A stretch of DNA of 64,000 nucleotides from an uncultured Candidatus Rokubacteria bacterium. Its GTDB lineage: Bacteria > Methylomirabilota > Methylomirabilia > Rokubacteriales > CSP1-6. Made by a program: the position numbers and the translations under genes. The notes beneath the pieces are model-generated. The model made no database searches. It saw nothing but the letters and a program-made list of their open reading frames with translations, and was not told where the DNA came from. Below are positions 32,391-43,007 of this stretch, piece after piece. The DNA lies in NCBI GenBank assembly GCA_963771355.1, contig CAVYTA010000006.1, positions 2,624,001 through 2,688,000 of the forward strand, written 5' to 3'. Position 1 is the first letter of the stretch, and each line of letters opens with the position of its first letter.

Positions 32391-33733
32391 CAGAAGCCCT
32401 TGAAGACCCCGTCGGCGGCCATGTCCCGGAACGCCTGCTCGTAGGCCCGGATGGAGCGGGCGAGATCGTCGTCGGTGTGGACGGCGGAGATCCAGCCGTG
32501 GTGGCTGGCGCAGTCCACGCCATTGTTGAAGAGCGCGCAGCGGAGCATCTGGTAGAGGTCGTGGCGGCGAGGGCGGTCGAATCCCGCCAGACCCGGCTTG
32601 CCCTCGAAGGACACGTGGAAGATCGACGCCTCGCCGAAGCAGAGTCCGGGCACGCCCACCCGCTTCATGGCGTCCGAGAGCCCCGCGCGCAACTCGTCGC
32701 CCGCCTTGTTGGCGCGGGCGTGAAGGCTACCGTCGGCGACCATCTCCAGCGTGGTGATGGCGGCGGCCGCGGAGACGGGGTTGGAGTTGTACGTCCCATT
32801 CTGCGCGACCCGCTGGCTCCGATCGAACGTGGGATCGCCACGGTGGGCCATCATGCTCATGAGCACCTTCTTCCCGACCACGGCCCCGCCCGGAAGCCCG
32901 CCCGCCACGATCTTGGCCAAGGTGGTCATGTCCGGGGTGACGCCGAAATAGGCCTGAGCGCCGCCGGGAGAGTAGCGGAAGCCCGTGATCACCTCGTCGA
33001 AGATGAGGACCACGCCATGCCGCTCGGTGACCGCGCGCAATTCCTGGAGGTAGCCGGGGATGGTGGGCGTGGTGCCGGACTGCCCGCCCGCGGGCTCGAG
33101 GATGACGGCCGCCACGTCCCCCCGCTGGAGGAGCGTGTCCACCGCCTTGATGTCGTTGGGCGGGCACAGGAGCAGCTGGTCCAGGGTAGCGGCCGGGACG
33201 CCCGCCGACATGGGCACGTCGTAGGGCGGGTTCACCGCCGCCACCACGCCGTCGTGCCAGCCGTGGAAGTGGCCGTGGAACTTCAGCACCCGCGTGCGTC
33301 CGGTGTAGGCGCGCGCGATCCGCATCGCGAGATGGGTGGCCTCGGTGCCGGACATGGTGAAGCGCACCATCTCCGCCGACGGGATGAGCTTGCAGACCAG
33401 CTCGGCCCACCGGACTTCCAGCTCGTGCGAGGCGCCGAGATGGGTGCCGCGCGCCGCTTGCTCCTGCATGGCCTTCACCACCGCGGGATGGCAGTGGCCG
33501 AGGAAGAGCGCCCCGTGGCCCATCCAGTAGTCGATGAGCTCGTGGCCGTCCACGTCCCACTTGCGCGGCCCCTGCGCGCGGTCCACGTAGATCGGGAAGG
33601 GCTTGAGGTGGCGGCCGTCGTGGGTGATTCCGCCGGGGATGACCGCACGGGCCCGCTCGTAGAGGGCCGCCGACTTCGGATGCCGCGCGCGGTACGTCTG
33701 GATCACCTTGGAGTCCATGCTCGCCTCGCTCAT
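32390..33733 (-). CDS. Class III PLP aminotransferase (GSA-aminomutase-like)
   Basis: WDVDG..IDY, SGTEAT, FHGWHD, LIFDEVITGFR, TTLAKIVAGGLP. Confidence 0.9.
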   Translation of the reverse strand: MSEASMDSKVIQTYRARHPKSAALYERARAVIPGGITHDGRHLKPFPIYVDRAQGPRKWDVDGHELIDYWMGHGALFLGHCHPAVVKAMQEQAARGTHLGASHELEVRWAELVCKLIPSAEMVRFTMSGTEATHLAMRIARAYTGRTRVLKFHGHFHGWHDGVVAAVNPPYDVPMSAGVPAATLDQLLLCPPNDIKAVDTLLQRGDVAAVILEPAGGQSGTTPTIPGYLQELRAVTERHGVVLIFDEVITGFRYSPGGAQAYFGVTPDMTTLAKIVAGGLPGGAVVGKKVLMSMMAHRGDPTFDRSQRVAQNGTYNSNPVSAAAAITTLEMVADGSLHARANKAGDELRAGLSDAMKRVGVPGLCFGEASIFHVSFEGKPGLAGFDRPRRHDLYQMLRCALFNNGVDCASHHGWISAVHTDDDLARSIRAYEQAFRDMAADGVFKGF

Positions 33734-34668
33734 CTCGCCCTGCCTCCCATTCGGCTCTTTGATCTGCCCGTTCGGCTCTTCGATCCGGTCGGTGCGCTGC
33801 GCGCAGCGGGTCCACCGGCCGTGGCGGCCACCCGCAGCAGCTCCAGAATGCCTGTATGCGCTCCGGAGGGCAAGCAGTCCACGGTGGGCTCCGCCCGCCG
33901 CGTGACGCCGTCCACCGCGCCCGCCTGCACGCAGGCCACCACCATGGCCTGCTCCTCGTCGCTGGTGTGGAGGAGATCGCGCCCGGCCAGCCGCGAGAGC
34001 TCGGCCACGATCCCGTAGGCGCCCCAGTTCGACGTGCCCGCGACCACCAGGTGGTCCACCGTGACCACGGAGGCGAAGCGCCGGGCCTTCGCACTCACGC
34101 GGGCCACCCGCGCGCGGACATTGCCCATGCCGATCTCGTTGCCGCCGTCGCCCACGCCGATGGTGACCGGCCGCCGGACGCCGCGAGGGACGCGGGTGAG
34201 GAAGAGGGCATCCAGCGGCCCGTTCCAGTCGCGCACGGACTCCGCGCGCATGCTGAGGTAGTCGCCGGAGGCGGTGCGACCAGGGCGCTCCACCGCCACC
34301 ACGAAGGCCGGCGCGTACTCGGCAAGGACGCGCCGCGCGGTCACGTCGGCTTCGGTCGCGGACGCGTGAAAGGTCACGATGTCCGCGGGCTCGCCGAGCA
34401 CCTTGAGCGCGGCCTCCAGTGGCGGCACCGTGACGGCATCGGTGACGTAGACAACCTCCGAGCCCAGCCGGCGGAGCGCGCGGCCGAGAACGGCGGCGCC
34501 GGGTGGCCCGTCGGTCTCGGGCAGGCCCGGACCCAGCGCGAAGCCGGTGGTGATCAGCGTGCGGCCGCCGCGGTGCAGCGCGCGCGCCGCCGACGCCGCC
34601 CCGCCCGCGACAAAGAAGCGCCCGATGCCGCGGGCGCCCGGGTCCAGCGCGAGGAGGTGGTCGATCAC
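33730..34668 (-). CDS. DUF4392 / D-glutamate cyclase-like protein
   Basis: ITTGF, ETDGPPGA, VERPG, IGVGDGGNEIGMG, SNWGAYG. Confidence 0.85.
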   Translation of the reverse strand: MIDHLLALDPGARGIGRFFVAGGAASAARALHRGGRTLITTGFALGPGLPETDGPPGAAVLGRALRRLGSEVVYVTDAVTVPPLEAALKVLGEPADIVTFHASATEADVTARRVLAEYAPAFVVAVERPGRTASGDYLSMRAESVRDWNGPLDALFLTRVPRGVRRPVTIGVGDGGNEIGMGNVRARVARVSAKARRFASVVTVDHLVVAGTSNWGAYGIVAELSRLAGRDLLHTSDEEQAMVVACVQAGAVDGVTRRAEPTVDCLPSGAHTGILELLRVAATAGGPAARSAPTGSKSRTGRSKSRMGGRAR

Positions 34669-35276
34669 CGGGGGGCCGGGGCGGGGCGGGGCGCGGGCGT
34701 CGGGCGCGACGAGGGTGGCAGCGGCGCGGGCGCCTGCCCCGGCGTGCCGGCCGCGGGCGGCTCCTCGCGCGCTTCGGGGGGCGACGGCGTGATGTTCGGC
34801 TGCATCACGGTGAAGAAGAGGCTGGTCGCTTCCACGCCCTCCTGGTCGAAGGTGACCACCAGGCCCGAGCGGTAGAAGAAGACGTCGCGGTCGTTCTGAA
34901 TGGTCGCGCGATCAGGCTCGCCCCAGCCGGTCACCACGGTGTCCTTGGTGAAGAGACGGGGGCGCGGATCGAGACGGAGCACGCGCACCGTGGTCGCGCT
35001 GTAGCCGTTAGGCAGGAGGATTCCGAACTCGACCATCATGCGATGGAAGCCGGGCGGCGCCTGCGGACCCTCGTATTCCCACTCGAAGGTGTCGTAGCCG
35101 TCGACCTTCCGCTTGACCTCCTTGGTGGGCGTGCCGTAGCGCTGGCGGACCGTGTCCGCGGAGGTGACGGCGGGCACGATGCCGCCCCAGTCCGCGGCGA
35201 GCGCGGCCGGGGGCGTCAGCGAGGGGGACGCGGCGAGGAGGGTCAGGCCGAGGGCGAGCGCGGCGAGGGAGCGCAT
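34665..35276 (-). CDS. Hypothetical secreted protein with a Pro-rich tail
   Basis: Signal peptide MRSLAALALGLTLL..ALA; coupled to both neighbours. Confidence 0.7.
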   Translation of the reverse strand: MRSLAALALGLTLLAASPSLTPPAALAADWGGIVPAVTSADTVRQRYGTPTKEVKRKVDGYDTFEWEYEGPQAPPGFHRMMVEFGILLPNGYSATTVRVLRLDPRPRLFTKDTVVTGWGEPDRATIQNDRDVFFYRSGLVVTFDQEGVEATSLFFTVMQPNITPSPPEAREEPPAAGTPGQAPAPLPPSSRPTPAPRPAPAPR

Positions 35277-36871
35277 CAGAAGCCGAGCGCGGCCCCGTCG
35301 GCGCGCGCGTCGGCGCCCCCGCGGAGCGTGCCGCCATCCAGCGTGATGCCGTGCCCATGGCCCATCTGCGTGAACCAGTCCGAGACCACGCGGATATTGT
35401 GGCCCCGCTGCCGGAGCTCCTCCACCACCTCGGCCGGGACGCGCCCTTCGAGGCGGAAGAGATCGGCGGCATCGGCGGGCAGGAGCCGGCCGTACATGAA
35501 CCGGGGCCGCTCGATGGCCTCCTGGATCTCCATGCCGTAGTCCAGGAGGTTCGTGAGCACCTGCACGTGGAACATGGCCTGCCCGTCCCCGCCCATAGTG
35601 GCGTAGCCCAGCACGGGGGCGCCGTCTCGCGTCACCAGATTGGCGAGGAGAGTGTGGAAGGGCCGCTTGCGCGGCGCGAAGACGTTCGGATGGGCGGGAT
35701 CGGTATTGAAGTAGGTGCCGCGATTGTTGAGCACCACGCCGGTGCCGGGCGGGACCACGCCGGCGCCGAAGCCCTTGTAGAGGCTCTGGATCACGCTCAG
35801 CACGTTCCCCTGCCCGTCCGCCACCACGAAGCCGGTGGTGTCGCCGTCCGGATCGCCCCAGGCATGCGCCTGCGCCTTGCGCGGGTCGAAGGCCGTGCGT
35901 CGCGCCTCCGCATACTCCTTGGACAGGAGGCGCTCCACCGGCACCCGGGCATGCGCGGGATCGGCGATCCAGCGATCGCGATCGGCATAGGCGAGCTTGG
36001 TCGTCTCGAGCAGCAGGTGGAGATGGTCGGCCGAGTGCACGGAGAGCGACGCGACGTCGAAGCCCTCGAGGAGATTCAAGGTGAGGAGGGCGGCCAGGCC
36101 CTGGGTGGGCGGCGGCGTCTCGTAGATGGTGTAGCCGCGGTACGTGGTGGAGATCGGCTCCACCCACTCCCCCGCGTGCTCGGCGAGATCGCTCGCGGTG
36201 AGGTAGCCATGCTGCTCGAGCCGGCCCGCGATGGCCTGACCCACCCGGCCGCGGTAGAAGAGGCGGGGATCGTCCGCGAGCTCGGTGAGGGTGCGCGCGA
36301 GATCAGGCTGGCGGAAGAGGTCGCCGGGCTGGGGGAACGCGCCGCCGGGGATGAAGAGGCGCCGCCACTCCGGATCGTCGAAGAGCTCGGCGCGATCGCG
36401 GACGGCCTGGGCGACGATGTCGGTGAGGGGAAAGCCCTCCGCCGCGTAGTGGATGGCGGGCTCGAGCAGGCGCCCGAGGGGCCGGGTGCCGAATCGCTCC
36501 AGCAGCACGTGCCAGGCCTCGGTCACCCCGGGCACGGACACCGAGCCGGGGCCGACCGCGGGCACGGCGGACAGCCCGCGCCGCCCGAGCTCCTCGAGGC
36601 CGGCGCGCGAGCCCGAGCGCCCCGCCCCGTTGTAGCAGTGCACGCGCCCCGTGGCCGCCTCGTGGTACAGGCAGAAGAAATCGCCGCCCACGCCGCAGAA
36701 GTTCGGCTGGGTGACGGCGAGCACCGCGTTGGTGGCGATGGCGGCGTCGACGACATTGCCACCGCCCTTGAGCACCTCCACGCCGGCCAGGGTGGCGAGG
36801 GGATGGCAGGCGGCCACCATGCCTCGCCGTGCCATCGGCGCCTGGCGATGCGCGTATCCGATCTGGATCAT
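35276..36871 (-). CDS. ggt: Gamma-glutamyltransferase family protein
   Basis: GGNVVDAAIA, GVGGD.F, DTT nucleophile site, RPFHTL, MGGDGQ, GGADAR.DG. Confidence 0.9.
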   Translation of the reverse strand: MIQIGYAHRQAPMARRGMVAACHPLATLAGVEVLKGGGNVVDAAIATNAVLAVTQPNFCGVGGDFFCLYHEAATGRVHCYNGAGRSGSRAGLEELGRRGLSAVPAVGPGSVSVPGVTEAWHVLLERFGTRPLGRLLEPAIHYAAEGFPLTDIVAQAVRDRAELFDDPEWRRLFIPGGAFPQPGDLFRQPDLARTLTELADDPRLFYRGRVGQAIAGRLEQHGYLTASDLAEHAGEWVEPISTTYRGYTIYETPPPTQGLAALLTLNLLEGFDVASLSVHSADHLHLLLETTKLAYADRDRWIADPAHARVPVERLLSKEYAEARRTAFDPRKAQAHAWGDPDGDTTGFVVADGQGNVLSVIQSLYKGFGAGVVPPGTGVVLNNRGTYFNTDPAHPNVFAPRKRPFHTLLANLVTRDGAPVLGYATMGGDGQAMFHVQVLTNLLDYGMEIQEAIERPRFMYGRLLPADAADLFRLEGRVPAEVVEELRQRGHNIRVVSDWFTQMGHGHGITLDGGTLRGGADARADGAALGF

Positions 36872-36872
36872 G

Positions 36873-37907
36873 TCAGCTCCCGGCGAAGAGTTTGGTGATC
36901 TCGTCCTGGGGAAACGTGGGCAGCGGCCGCGCCCGCCCGCCCTCGACGAGGGTTGCGCCCTGGCTGCGCTCCGTCACCGCGCCGATCGCGGCGCACATGA
37001 TGCCCGAGCCCCGGCACGCGGCCTCCACGGCCGCCGCGTCCCCCGGCGCCACCGCCAGCAGCAGCGCGCCGGAGGCGATGGTGCCCAGCGGGTCGAGGCC
37101 GAACGCCTCGCAGAGCCGCGCGCCGTCCGGCAGGATCGGGATCTGCTCGCGCTCCAGCCGCACGCCCACCTCCGCCGCCTCCGCCAGCTCCCAGCAGGCG
37201 GTGGCCAGCCCGCCCTCCGTCGGGTCGTGCATGGCGTGCACGCGCGCGGCGGCGGTGGCGAGCCCCGCCTCCGGCACCACGCTCAGCCCCGGCCGCCGCA
37301 GCAGCTCGCGCGCGCGGGTGACCACGTCAACGGGAACGCCTCGCCGCATCGCCTCCTCACCGTGCTCGCGCGCGATGATGGCGGCGCCCTCGAGCGGCAC
37401 GCCCTTGGTGAGGAGCAGCGTGTCGCCCGGCCGCGCGCCGCCCGTCGTCACCAGCGCGTCCTTCGCCACCTCGCCGAGCATGGTGCCGGCCACGATGGGA
37501 CGCGCGAGGCCCGCCGTCACCTCGGTGTGGCCCCCGATGAGCGTCACCCCGAGCGCCGCGCACGCCTCCGCCACCTCCGCGAACAGGGACTCGACCTGCG
37601 CCTCCGTCGTCTGCCCTTCAGGGAGAAGGAGAGTGGCCAGGAACCACGCCGGGCGCGCGCCCCGTACCGCCACATCGTTGGCGTTGACGTGCAGCGCGTA
37701 CCATCCCGCCGCGTCCGCGGCGAACGTGACGGGATCGGTGGTGACGACGAGATAGCGGTCACCGAAGTCGAGCACCGCCGCGTCCTCGCCCACGCGCGGG
37801 CCCACGATCACGCGCGCCGCCGCGGGCCCCTCGCCGGGCCGCGCATACTTCCCGAAGAGCCGCTGGAGCACGTCGCCCGAGAGTTTGCCGACGGGGAGCG
37901 GCGACAT
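36873..37907 (-). CDS. AIR-synthase-related (PurM/HypE-like) protein
   Basis: PVGKL, GEDAAV, TDPVTF, NANDVA, IGGHTE, AMHDPTEGG. Confidence 0.85.
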   Translation of the reverse strand: MSPLPVGKLSGDVLQRLFGKYARPGEGPAAARVIVGPRVGEDAAVLDFGDRYLVVTTDPVTFAADAAGWYALHVNANDVAVRGARPAWFLATLLLPEGQTTEAQVESLFAEVAEACAALGVTLIGGHTEVTAGLARPIVAGTMLGEVAKDALVTTGGARPGDTLLLTKGVPLEGAAIIAREHGEEAMRRGVPVDVVTRARELLRRPGLSVVPEAGLATAAARVHAMHDPTEGGLATACWELAEAAEVGVRLEREQIPILPDGARLCEAFGLDPLGTIASGALLLAVAPGDAAAVEAACRGSGIMCAAIGAVTERSQGATLVEGGRARPLPTFPQDEITKLFAGS

Positions 37908-37960
37908 GATCTTCGTAGTATAGCAGGGTACCCCCGGGGTCCTCACCGCGGCCGCCCCCG

Positions 37961-38620
37961 CTAGCGCGGGATCAGGAGGGGCAGCAGCTCGGTGAGCGTC
38001 CGGAGGCGGTAGTCGGCTTCCGTGAAATCGTGGCCGAGCGTGGCCGAGCAGGGCACCACCGCGCAGCGCATACCCGCGGCCCGGGCCGCGAGCAGCCCGT
38101 TGCGCGAGTCCTCCACCACGAGGCAGTCCCGCGGGGCCAGCGCCAGGCGCCGCGCCGCCTCCAGGAAGACGTCGGGGGCGGGCTTGCCCCGCGGCACCTC
38201 CTCTCCGGAGACACGGAGCTCGAAACAGTCCGCGAGCCCGAGGGTCTCCACGGTGGCGGCAATGATCGGGATCTCGGCCGAGGAGGCCAGCGCGAGGCGA
38301 TAGCCGGCGGCCCGCACGCGCTCCAGCACCTCGGGCACGCCGGGCAAGGGCCGGGCGCCCTCGCGGATGAGGCGGATCTTGGCGTCGCAGAACTGGCGCA
38401 CGAGCTCGCCGATCTCGGGCCGGAGGCTGCGCCGGGCACGGAGGACGCGGAAGCTCTCCGCGGTGGTTCGGCCCACGAACTCGTCGTTCTCGATCTCGTC
38501 ATAGGGCGCGCCTTGGCCCCGCATGACCAGGCGCATGGCCTCGTAGCCGATGGGCTCGGAGTCGAGGAGCACGCCGTCCATGTCGAACACCACGGCCAGG
38601 GGACGCGGGGCGCCGATCAC
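37961..38620 (-). CDS. HAD-superfamily phosphatase
   Basis: FDMDGVLLDSE, ASS, KPAPDVF, VEDS.NG. Confidence 0.92.
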   Translation of the reverse strand: MIGAPRPLAVVFDMDGVLLDSEPIGYEAMRLVMRGQGAPYDEIENDEFVGRTTAESFRVLRARRSLRPEIGELVRQFCDAKIRLIREGARPLPGVPEVLERVRAAGYRLALASSAEIPIIAATVETLGLADCFELRVSGEEVPRGKPAPDVFLEAARRLALAPRDCLVVEDSRNGLLAARAAGMRCAVVPCSATLGHDFTEADYRLRTLTELLPLLIPR

Positions 38621-39504
38621 GCGATCGAGAGCAGCTTCAGGAGATCGGCGGTGAGATCGTAGAGCTGGGCGCAGCCGGCCTCGCCGCCGAGGAGAGTCTG
38701 GGCTCGCTTCCGCAAGCCCGCGTCCACCCCCTGCCCGACCATCGCCTCGATCCGCGCTTGCGGCTCGTCGCAGATGCCGCGATAGGGGAGGCGCGACGTC
38801 ACCGAATGGGCGCTCGCGATGACTCCTCGCTCGAGGTCGATCTCGAAGTGCACGTCGAAGCCGTGGACGTTGTCGTGCATGGCATGAAAGCAGTCGAGGC
38901 GCGACCCGGTGCGCACGAGGCGAAGGAGCCGCCGCCGGTGGAACACCTTGCGGGCGTCGGCGGGCGGGCTGTAGAGATCGAGCGTCGCCGCCGCGGTGAC
39001 CGGTCGCGACGCCAGGAGCGCGCGCCCGCTCTCGCCATAGGTGAAGCAGGAGCCGGGCAGGTCTGCCCAGCTCGCGACGTCGAGATCCCAGAAGGCGCGC
39101 GCGTCGGCCGCGCGCAGCGACTCCACGCGCGCGCGCGGCAGGCGGCTCACCTGGCGGGCGAGCCGCGCTACCTCGATGCCGGCGTCCACGAAGTGCCCGG
39201 CGCCCGGGCGTGGCCCGGTCAGGTCGAGAAGCCGGCGCGTGAAGCCGCCCACCATGCGGGTCCCCGCGAGCATGGGGAGCGCGGCGGGCAAGGCGGCGTC
39301 GGCGGCACCGGACAGGACGGCGCCGCGGGCCTCGCGGATCTCGTAGCCCGGCGACGGCGTGCAGACCGCGGTCAACTCCACCGCGGCGTCCTCGTCCTGC
39401 ACCCGAACCGTGTGGGTGAGCGCGTCGGACGGGACGGCATCGGTCCAGCCCTCGGTGTGCCGCTCGTAGCGGTCGCGGCCCTCGAGAAACGGAGAGCCGA
39501 TCAC
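38617..39504 (-). CDS. DUF2889-like protein
   Basis: HAMHDNVHGF, PYRGIC, LGGEAGCAQLYDL; GTG start overlaps the YHS stop. Confidence 0.6.
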   Translation of the reverse strand: MIGSPFLEGRDRYERHTEGWTDAVPSDALTHTVRVQDEDAAVELTAVCTPSPGYEIREARGAVLSGAADAALPAALPMLAGTRMVGGFTRRLLDLTGPRPGAGHFVDAGIEVARLARQVSRLPRARVESLRAADARAFWDLDVASWADLPGSCFTYGESGRALLASRPVTAAATLDLYSPPADARKVFHRRRLLRLVRTGSRLDCFHAMHDNVHGFDVHFEIDLERGVIASAHSVTSRLPYRGICDEPQARIEAMVGQGVDAGLRKRAQTLLGGEAGCAQLYDLTADLLKLLSIA

Positions 39505-39647
39505 TTTCCGAGGTACTTGGCCGGGTTCTGGTCGAACTTCACCTTGCACGCCACCGCGCAGAAATAGACGGTCTGGCCCTGATACGTGCTCTGGGCCGCC
39601 GCCTTCTTCGGGTCGACTTCCATGTTGCAGACGGGATCCTTGGCCAT
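39501..39647 (-). CDS. YHS-domain metallochaperone (48 aa, not in the ORF track)
   Basis: MAKDPVCNMEVDPKKAAAQSTYQGQTVYFCAVACKVKFDQNPAKYLGK; GGAGGAGGA SD. Confidence 0.92.
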   Translation of the reverse strand: MAKDPVCNMEVDPKKAAAQSTYQGQTVYFCAVACKVKFDQNPAKYLGK

Positions 39648-39659
39648 GCCGTCCTCCTC

Positions 39660-41903
39660 CTAGGCGCGGAAGCGCCTGAGCCGCAAGCTATTGAGCACCA
39701 CCGAGACCGATGACAGCGCCATCGCCGCCCCCGCGAGAAGGGGCGACAGCAGGATGCCCGCCACCGGATAGAGCACGCCCGCCGCCACCGGGATCAGGAC
39801 GAGATTGTAGCCGAAGGCCCAGGCCAGATTCTGGCGGATGACGCGGATGGTCCGGCGCGAGAGGTCGATCGCGGTGACCACGCCGCGCAGGTCGCCGCGC
39901 ATGAGCGTCACGTCCGCCGCCTCGATGGCGACATCGGTGCCCGAGCCCATGGCAATGCCGACGTCGGCCTGGGCCAGCGCGGGAGCGTCATTGATGCCGT
40001 CGCCCACCATCGCGACCACCCGGCCGCCCTGCTGCAGCCGCTTGATCTCGGCGGCCTTGTCCGCGGGCAGCACCTCCGCGAGCACACGGGTGATCCCGGC
40101 CTCGCGCGCCACCGCTTCCGCGACCACCCGGCTGTCGCCGGTCAGCATCACCACCTCGAGGCCGCGCGCGACCAGCGCGGCCACCGCCTCGCGCGCGGTG
40201 GGCTTCAGCGTGTCCGCCACCGCGATGAGACCGAGCACCTCGCCGCCGAAGGCGACGAACACGCTGCTCTTGCCTGCCGCGGCCAGGGCCTCCGCGCGCT
40301 CCGTGAGCGGCCCCAGCTCGATCCCGCGCGACTCCATGAGCCGGCGATTCCCGAGCAGGATGCGGCCGTCCGGCGCCAGGGCGTCCACCCCCTGGCCGGG
40401 GATGGCCTGGAAGGACGAGACCGGCGGCAGCGCGAGGCCTTGCGCCTTGGCCGCGGCGACGATGGCCTCGCCGAGCGCATGCTCGGACCCTTGCTCCGCG
40501 GCGGCCGCGAGCGCGAGGAGCTCGTCGGCGGCGCCGGGCGCTTCCGAGAGCGGCACCGCGTCGGTGACCACCGGGCGGCCCTCCGTGAGGGTGCCGGTCT
40601 TGTCGAGCACCACCACTTCCGCGCGATGGAGCACCTCCAGGGCCTCGGCGCTGCGGATCAGCACCCCGAGCTCGGCCCCCCGTCCGGTCGCGACCATGAT
40701 GGCGGTGGGCGTCGCCAGACCCATCGCGCAGGGGCAGGCGATCACGAGCACGCCCACCGCGTTGGCGAGCGCATGGAAGACGGCGGGCTCGGGCCCGAAC
40801 AGCCACCACGCCACGAAGGTGAGCGCGGCGATGCCGAGCACGATCGGCACGAACACCGCGGCCACGCGGTCGGCGAGGCGCTGGATGGGCGCCTTGGAGC
40901 CCTGCGCCTCCTCGACGAGCCGGATGATGCGCGCGAGCACGGTGTCCGCGCCCACGCGGGTGGCACGGAAGGAGAAGCTGCCGGTGCGATTCACCGAGCC
41001 GCCCACCACGGACGCTCCCGGCCCCTTCTCCACCGGCAAGCTCTCGCCGGTCAGCATGGACTCGTCCACGCTGGACCCGCCCTCCTCCACGATCCCGTCC
41101 ACCGCCACGCGCTCCCCCGGCCGGACGCGGAGCCGGTCGCCCGCCACCACCGAAGCGATGGGCACGTCCACCTCGCCCCCCGCGCGCAGCACCCGCGCGG
41201 TGCGGGGCTGCAGCGCAAGCAGGCGGCGGATGGCGTCCGATGTACCGCCGCGCGCGCGGGCCTCGAGCCAGCGGCCGAGCACGAGAAAGGTGATCAGGAG
41301 CGCGGAGGCCTCGTAATAAGGCATGGCGCCGGTGGCCATGAAGCGGTGCGGCCACAGGGTGACGGCCAGGCTGAAGAAGTAGGCCGAGCCGGTGCCGATG
41401 GAGACCAGCGTGTTCATGCTCGCCGACCGGTGGCGCAGCTCCTTGACGAAGGCGACGTGGAAGGGCGCGCCCACCCAGAACTGGACCGGCGTGGTCAACG
41501 CGAGCAGGACCCAGGGATTCCTCAGGAACTCGGGAGCCCAGGGAAACACCGTGGGCATGCTGCCGAGCAGCACGGGCACAGAGAGCGCGACGCCGACGAG
41601 CAGGCGCCGGCGGAGCCGACGGTCATCGTGGGCGCGCTCGACCCGCTCGCGATCGGCCGCCTCGGGCGTGGCCGCGGTCTCCTCCGGCACGGTGTAGCCG
41701 GCGGCGGCCACCGCGGTGCGCAGCGCGGGGAGCCTGGCCTGCTCGGGGTCGAGCCAGACGGTGGCGCGCTCGGTGGCGAGGTTCACCGCCGCGCGGTCCA
41801 CGCCCGGCACCCCCTGGAGCGCGCGCTCCACCTTGCCCACGCAGGCCGCGCAGTGCATGCCCTTCACGGGAAAGTCGACGCGGGACTCTTCGACCGTGGC
41901 CAT
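39660..41903 (-). CDS. copA: Cu(I)-translocating P1B-ATPase
   Basis: GMHCAAC HMA domain, [25 protein letters not shown] and MALSS. Confidence 0.95.
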   Translation of the reverse strand: MATVEESRVDFPVKGMHCAACVGKVERALQGVPGVDRAAVNLATERATVWLDPEQARLPALRTAVAAAGYTVPEETAATPEAADRERVERAHDDRRLRRRLLVGVALSVPVLLGSMPTVFPWAPEFLRNPWVLLALTTPVQFWVGAPFHVAFVKELRHRSASMNTLVSIGTGSAYFFSLAVTLWPHRFMATGAMPYYEASALLITFLVLGRWLEARARGGTSDAIRRLLALQPRTARVLRAGGEVDVPIASVVAGDRLRVRPGERVAVDGIVEEGGSSVDESMLTGESLPVEKGPGASVVGGSVNRTGSFSFRATRVGADTVLARIIRLVEEAQGSKAPIQRLADRVAAVFVPIVLGIAALTFVAWWLFGPEPAVFHALANAVGVLVIACPCAMGLATPTAIMVATGRGAELGVLIRSAEALEVLHRAEVVVLDKTGTLTEGRPVVTDAVPLSEAPGAADELLALAAAAEQGSEHALGEAIVAAAKAQGLALPPVSSFQAIPGQGVDALAPDGRILLGNRRLMESRGIELGPLTERAEALAAAGKSSVFVAFGGEVLGLIAVADTLKPTAREAVAALVARGLEVVMLTGDSRVVAEAVAREAGITRVLAEVLPADKAAEIKRLQQGGRVVAMVGDGINDAPALAQADVGIAMGSGTDVAIEAADVTLMRGDLRGVVTAIDLSRRTIRVIRQNLAWAFGYNLVLIPVAAGVLYPVAGILLSPLLAGAAMALSSVSVVLNSLRLRRFRA

Positions 41904-41915
41904 GGTGAGCCGAGC

Positions 41916-42197
41916 CTAGCGCCCGCCGAAGCGGGAGAAGACGTCCAGCAGCTCGTCCAGCTTCTTCTGCCGCTCGCGCCCGTTGCCGGAGCGGAGGGCG
42001 TCGGTCACGCAGGAGCTGATGTGGCGAGCGAGGAGGAGCTTCTGGACCTGCTCCACCGCGCCCTGCACGGCGGTGAGCTGGAGGAGGATGTCCACACAGT
42101 ACTTGTCCTCCTCGACCATGCGCTGGATACCCTGGACCTGGCCCTCGATACGCCGGAGGCGACCCAGCGCCTTGCCGCGAGTCTCGTCGTCGATCAT
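41916..42197 (-). CDS. csoR: CsoR-family copper-sensing repressor
   Basis: RLRRIEGQVQGIQRMVEEDKYCVDIL..HISSC (C, H, C copper ligands). Confidence 0.93.
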   Translation of the reverse strand: MIDDETRGKALGRLRRIEGQVQGIQRMVEEDKYCVDILLQLTAVQGAVEQVQKLLLARHISSCVTDALRSGNGRERQKKLDELLDVFSRFGGR

Positions 42198-42979
42198 CGT
42201 CGTCCCCCGTCGAAAGTGGTGCGGAGCGCGAGCATGCGGCAGAACACGCCGCCGGCCAGCGCCGCGCCGAGGTGCTTGAGGGAGTGGCCGCTCACCACTC
42301 CGCCCAGCGCGAGCACGCGCGCGTCCGCCAGCTCGAGCCCCTTGGCCGCGGCATAGATCAGCACCGCGAGGCCCCAGTACCCACCGTGCGTGTAGCGCGC
42401 GGGAAAGAGCCACGCGAGAAGCGGAATGGCCAGCATGGGAAAGAACTGCACCAGGCCGTACGCGCGAAGATCGCCGCGGCCCTGCGCCTCCCCCGCGTGC
42501 CACCAGAGCACGCTGCCCGTGCCCGCCACCAGCAGGGGGCCCAGGAGGGCGAGCCCGACGGGGGGCCCGATGCGCTCGCCGATCATGGCGGCGAAGAGGC
42601 CCATGAAGGCCACCGTCATGGGCAGCCGGTCCCACACCAGCCGGACATTGCCCGGATCCAGGTGATACCAGACCGAGCCGAGCCCGGTCAGGCCGAGACC
42701 CGCGAAGAACAGCGCCCAGGGCCAGCGCTCCCGGCCATCCACGAACGCGACGCGGCCGGCCCCACCCACGACCAGCGAGAGTCCCACGCCGCCGGCGATC
42801 AGGAAGGCGAGGTTGGACAGCACGTTGAGCGCATTGGGCACGCCCAGGAAGTGCCGGGCGTCGGCGAAGCGATGATAGGCGGGATCCTGCGGCACTGGGG
42901 GGACCCACCACGTGAGCACGAGGGCGGCCGCCGCTACCCCCAGCAAGATCCCGATCCGGCCGCGCCGTCCCGTCACCAT
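42194..42979 (-). CDS. Ceramidase-like (CREST-type) membrane protein
   Basis: PQDPAYHRFAD, NVLSNL, GSVWYH, WDRLPM, SGHSLKH. Confidence 0.8.
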   Translation of the reverse strand: MVTGRRGRIGILLGVAAAALVLTWWVPPVPQDPAYHRFADARHFLGVPNALNVLSNLAFLIAGGVGLSLVVGGAGRVAFVDGRERWPWALFFAGLGLTGLGSVWYHLDPGNVRLVWDRLPMTVAFMGLFAAMIGERIGPPVGLALLGPLLVAGTGSVLWWHAGEAQGRGDLRAYGLVQFFPMLAIPLLAWLFPARYTHGGYWGLAVLIYAAAKGLELADARVLALGGVVSGHSLKHLGAALAGGVFCRMLALRTTFDGGRR

Positions 42980-43007
42980 CTTCCCCCTAGGCCCTGCGGA
43001 CCCCCCT

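Noticed and set aside
33750..33790. Two-copy 21-bp imperfect tandem repeat (TTCGGCTCTT.GATC)
   Set aside because: Only two copies, in the low-complexity tail of the DUF4392 gene; not CRISPR-like
37926..37942. Second CsoR-like box (GGGTACCCCCGGGGTCC)
   Set aside because: Shares TACCCCCG with the 43008 site but has different spacing and no closing GGTA; likely chance in GC-rich DNA
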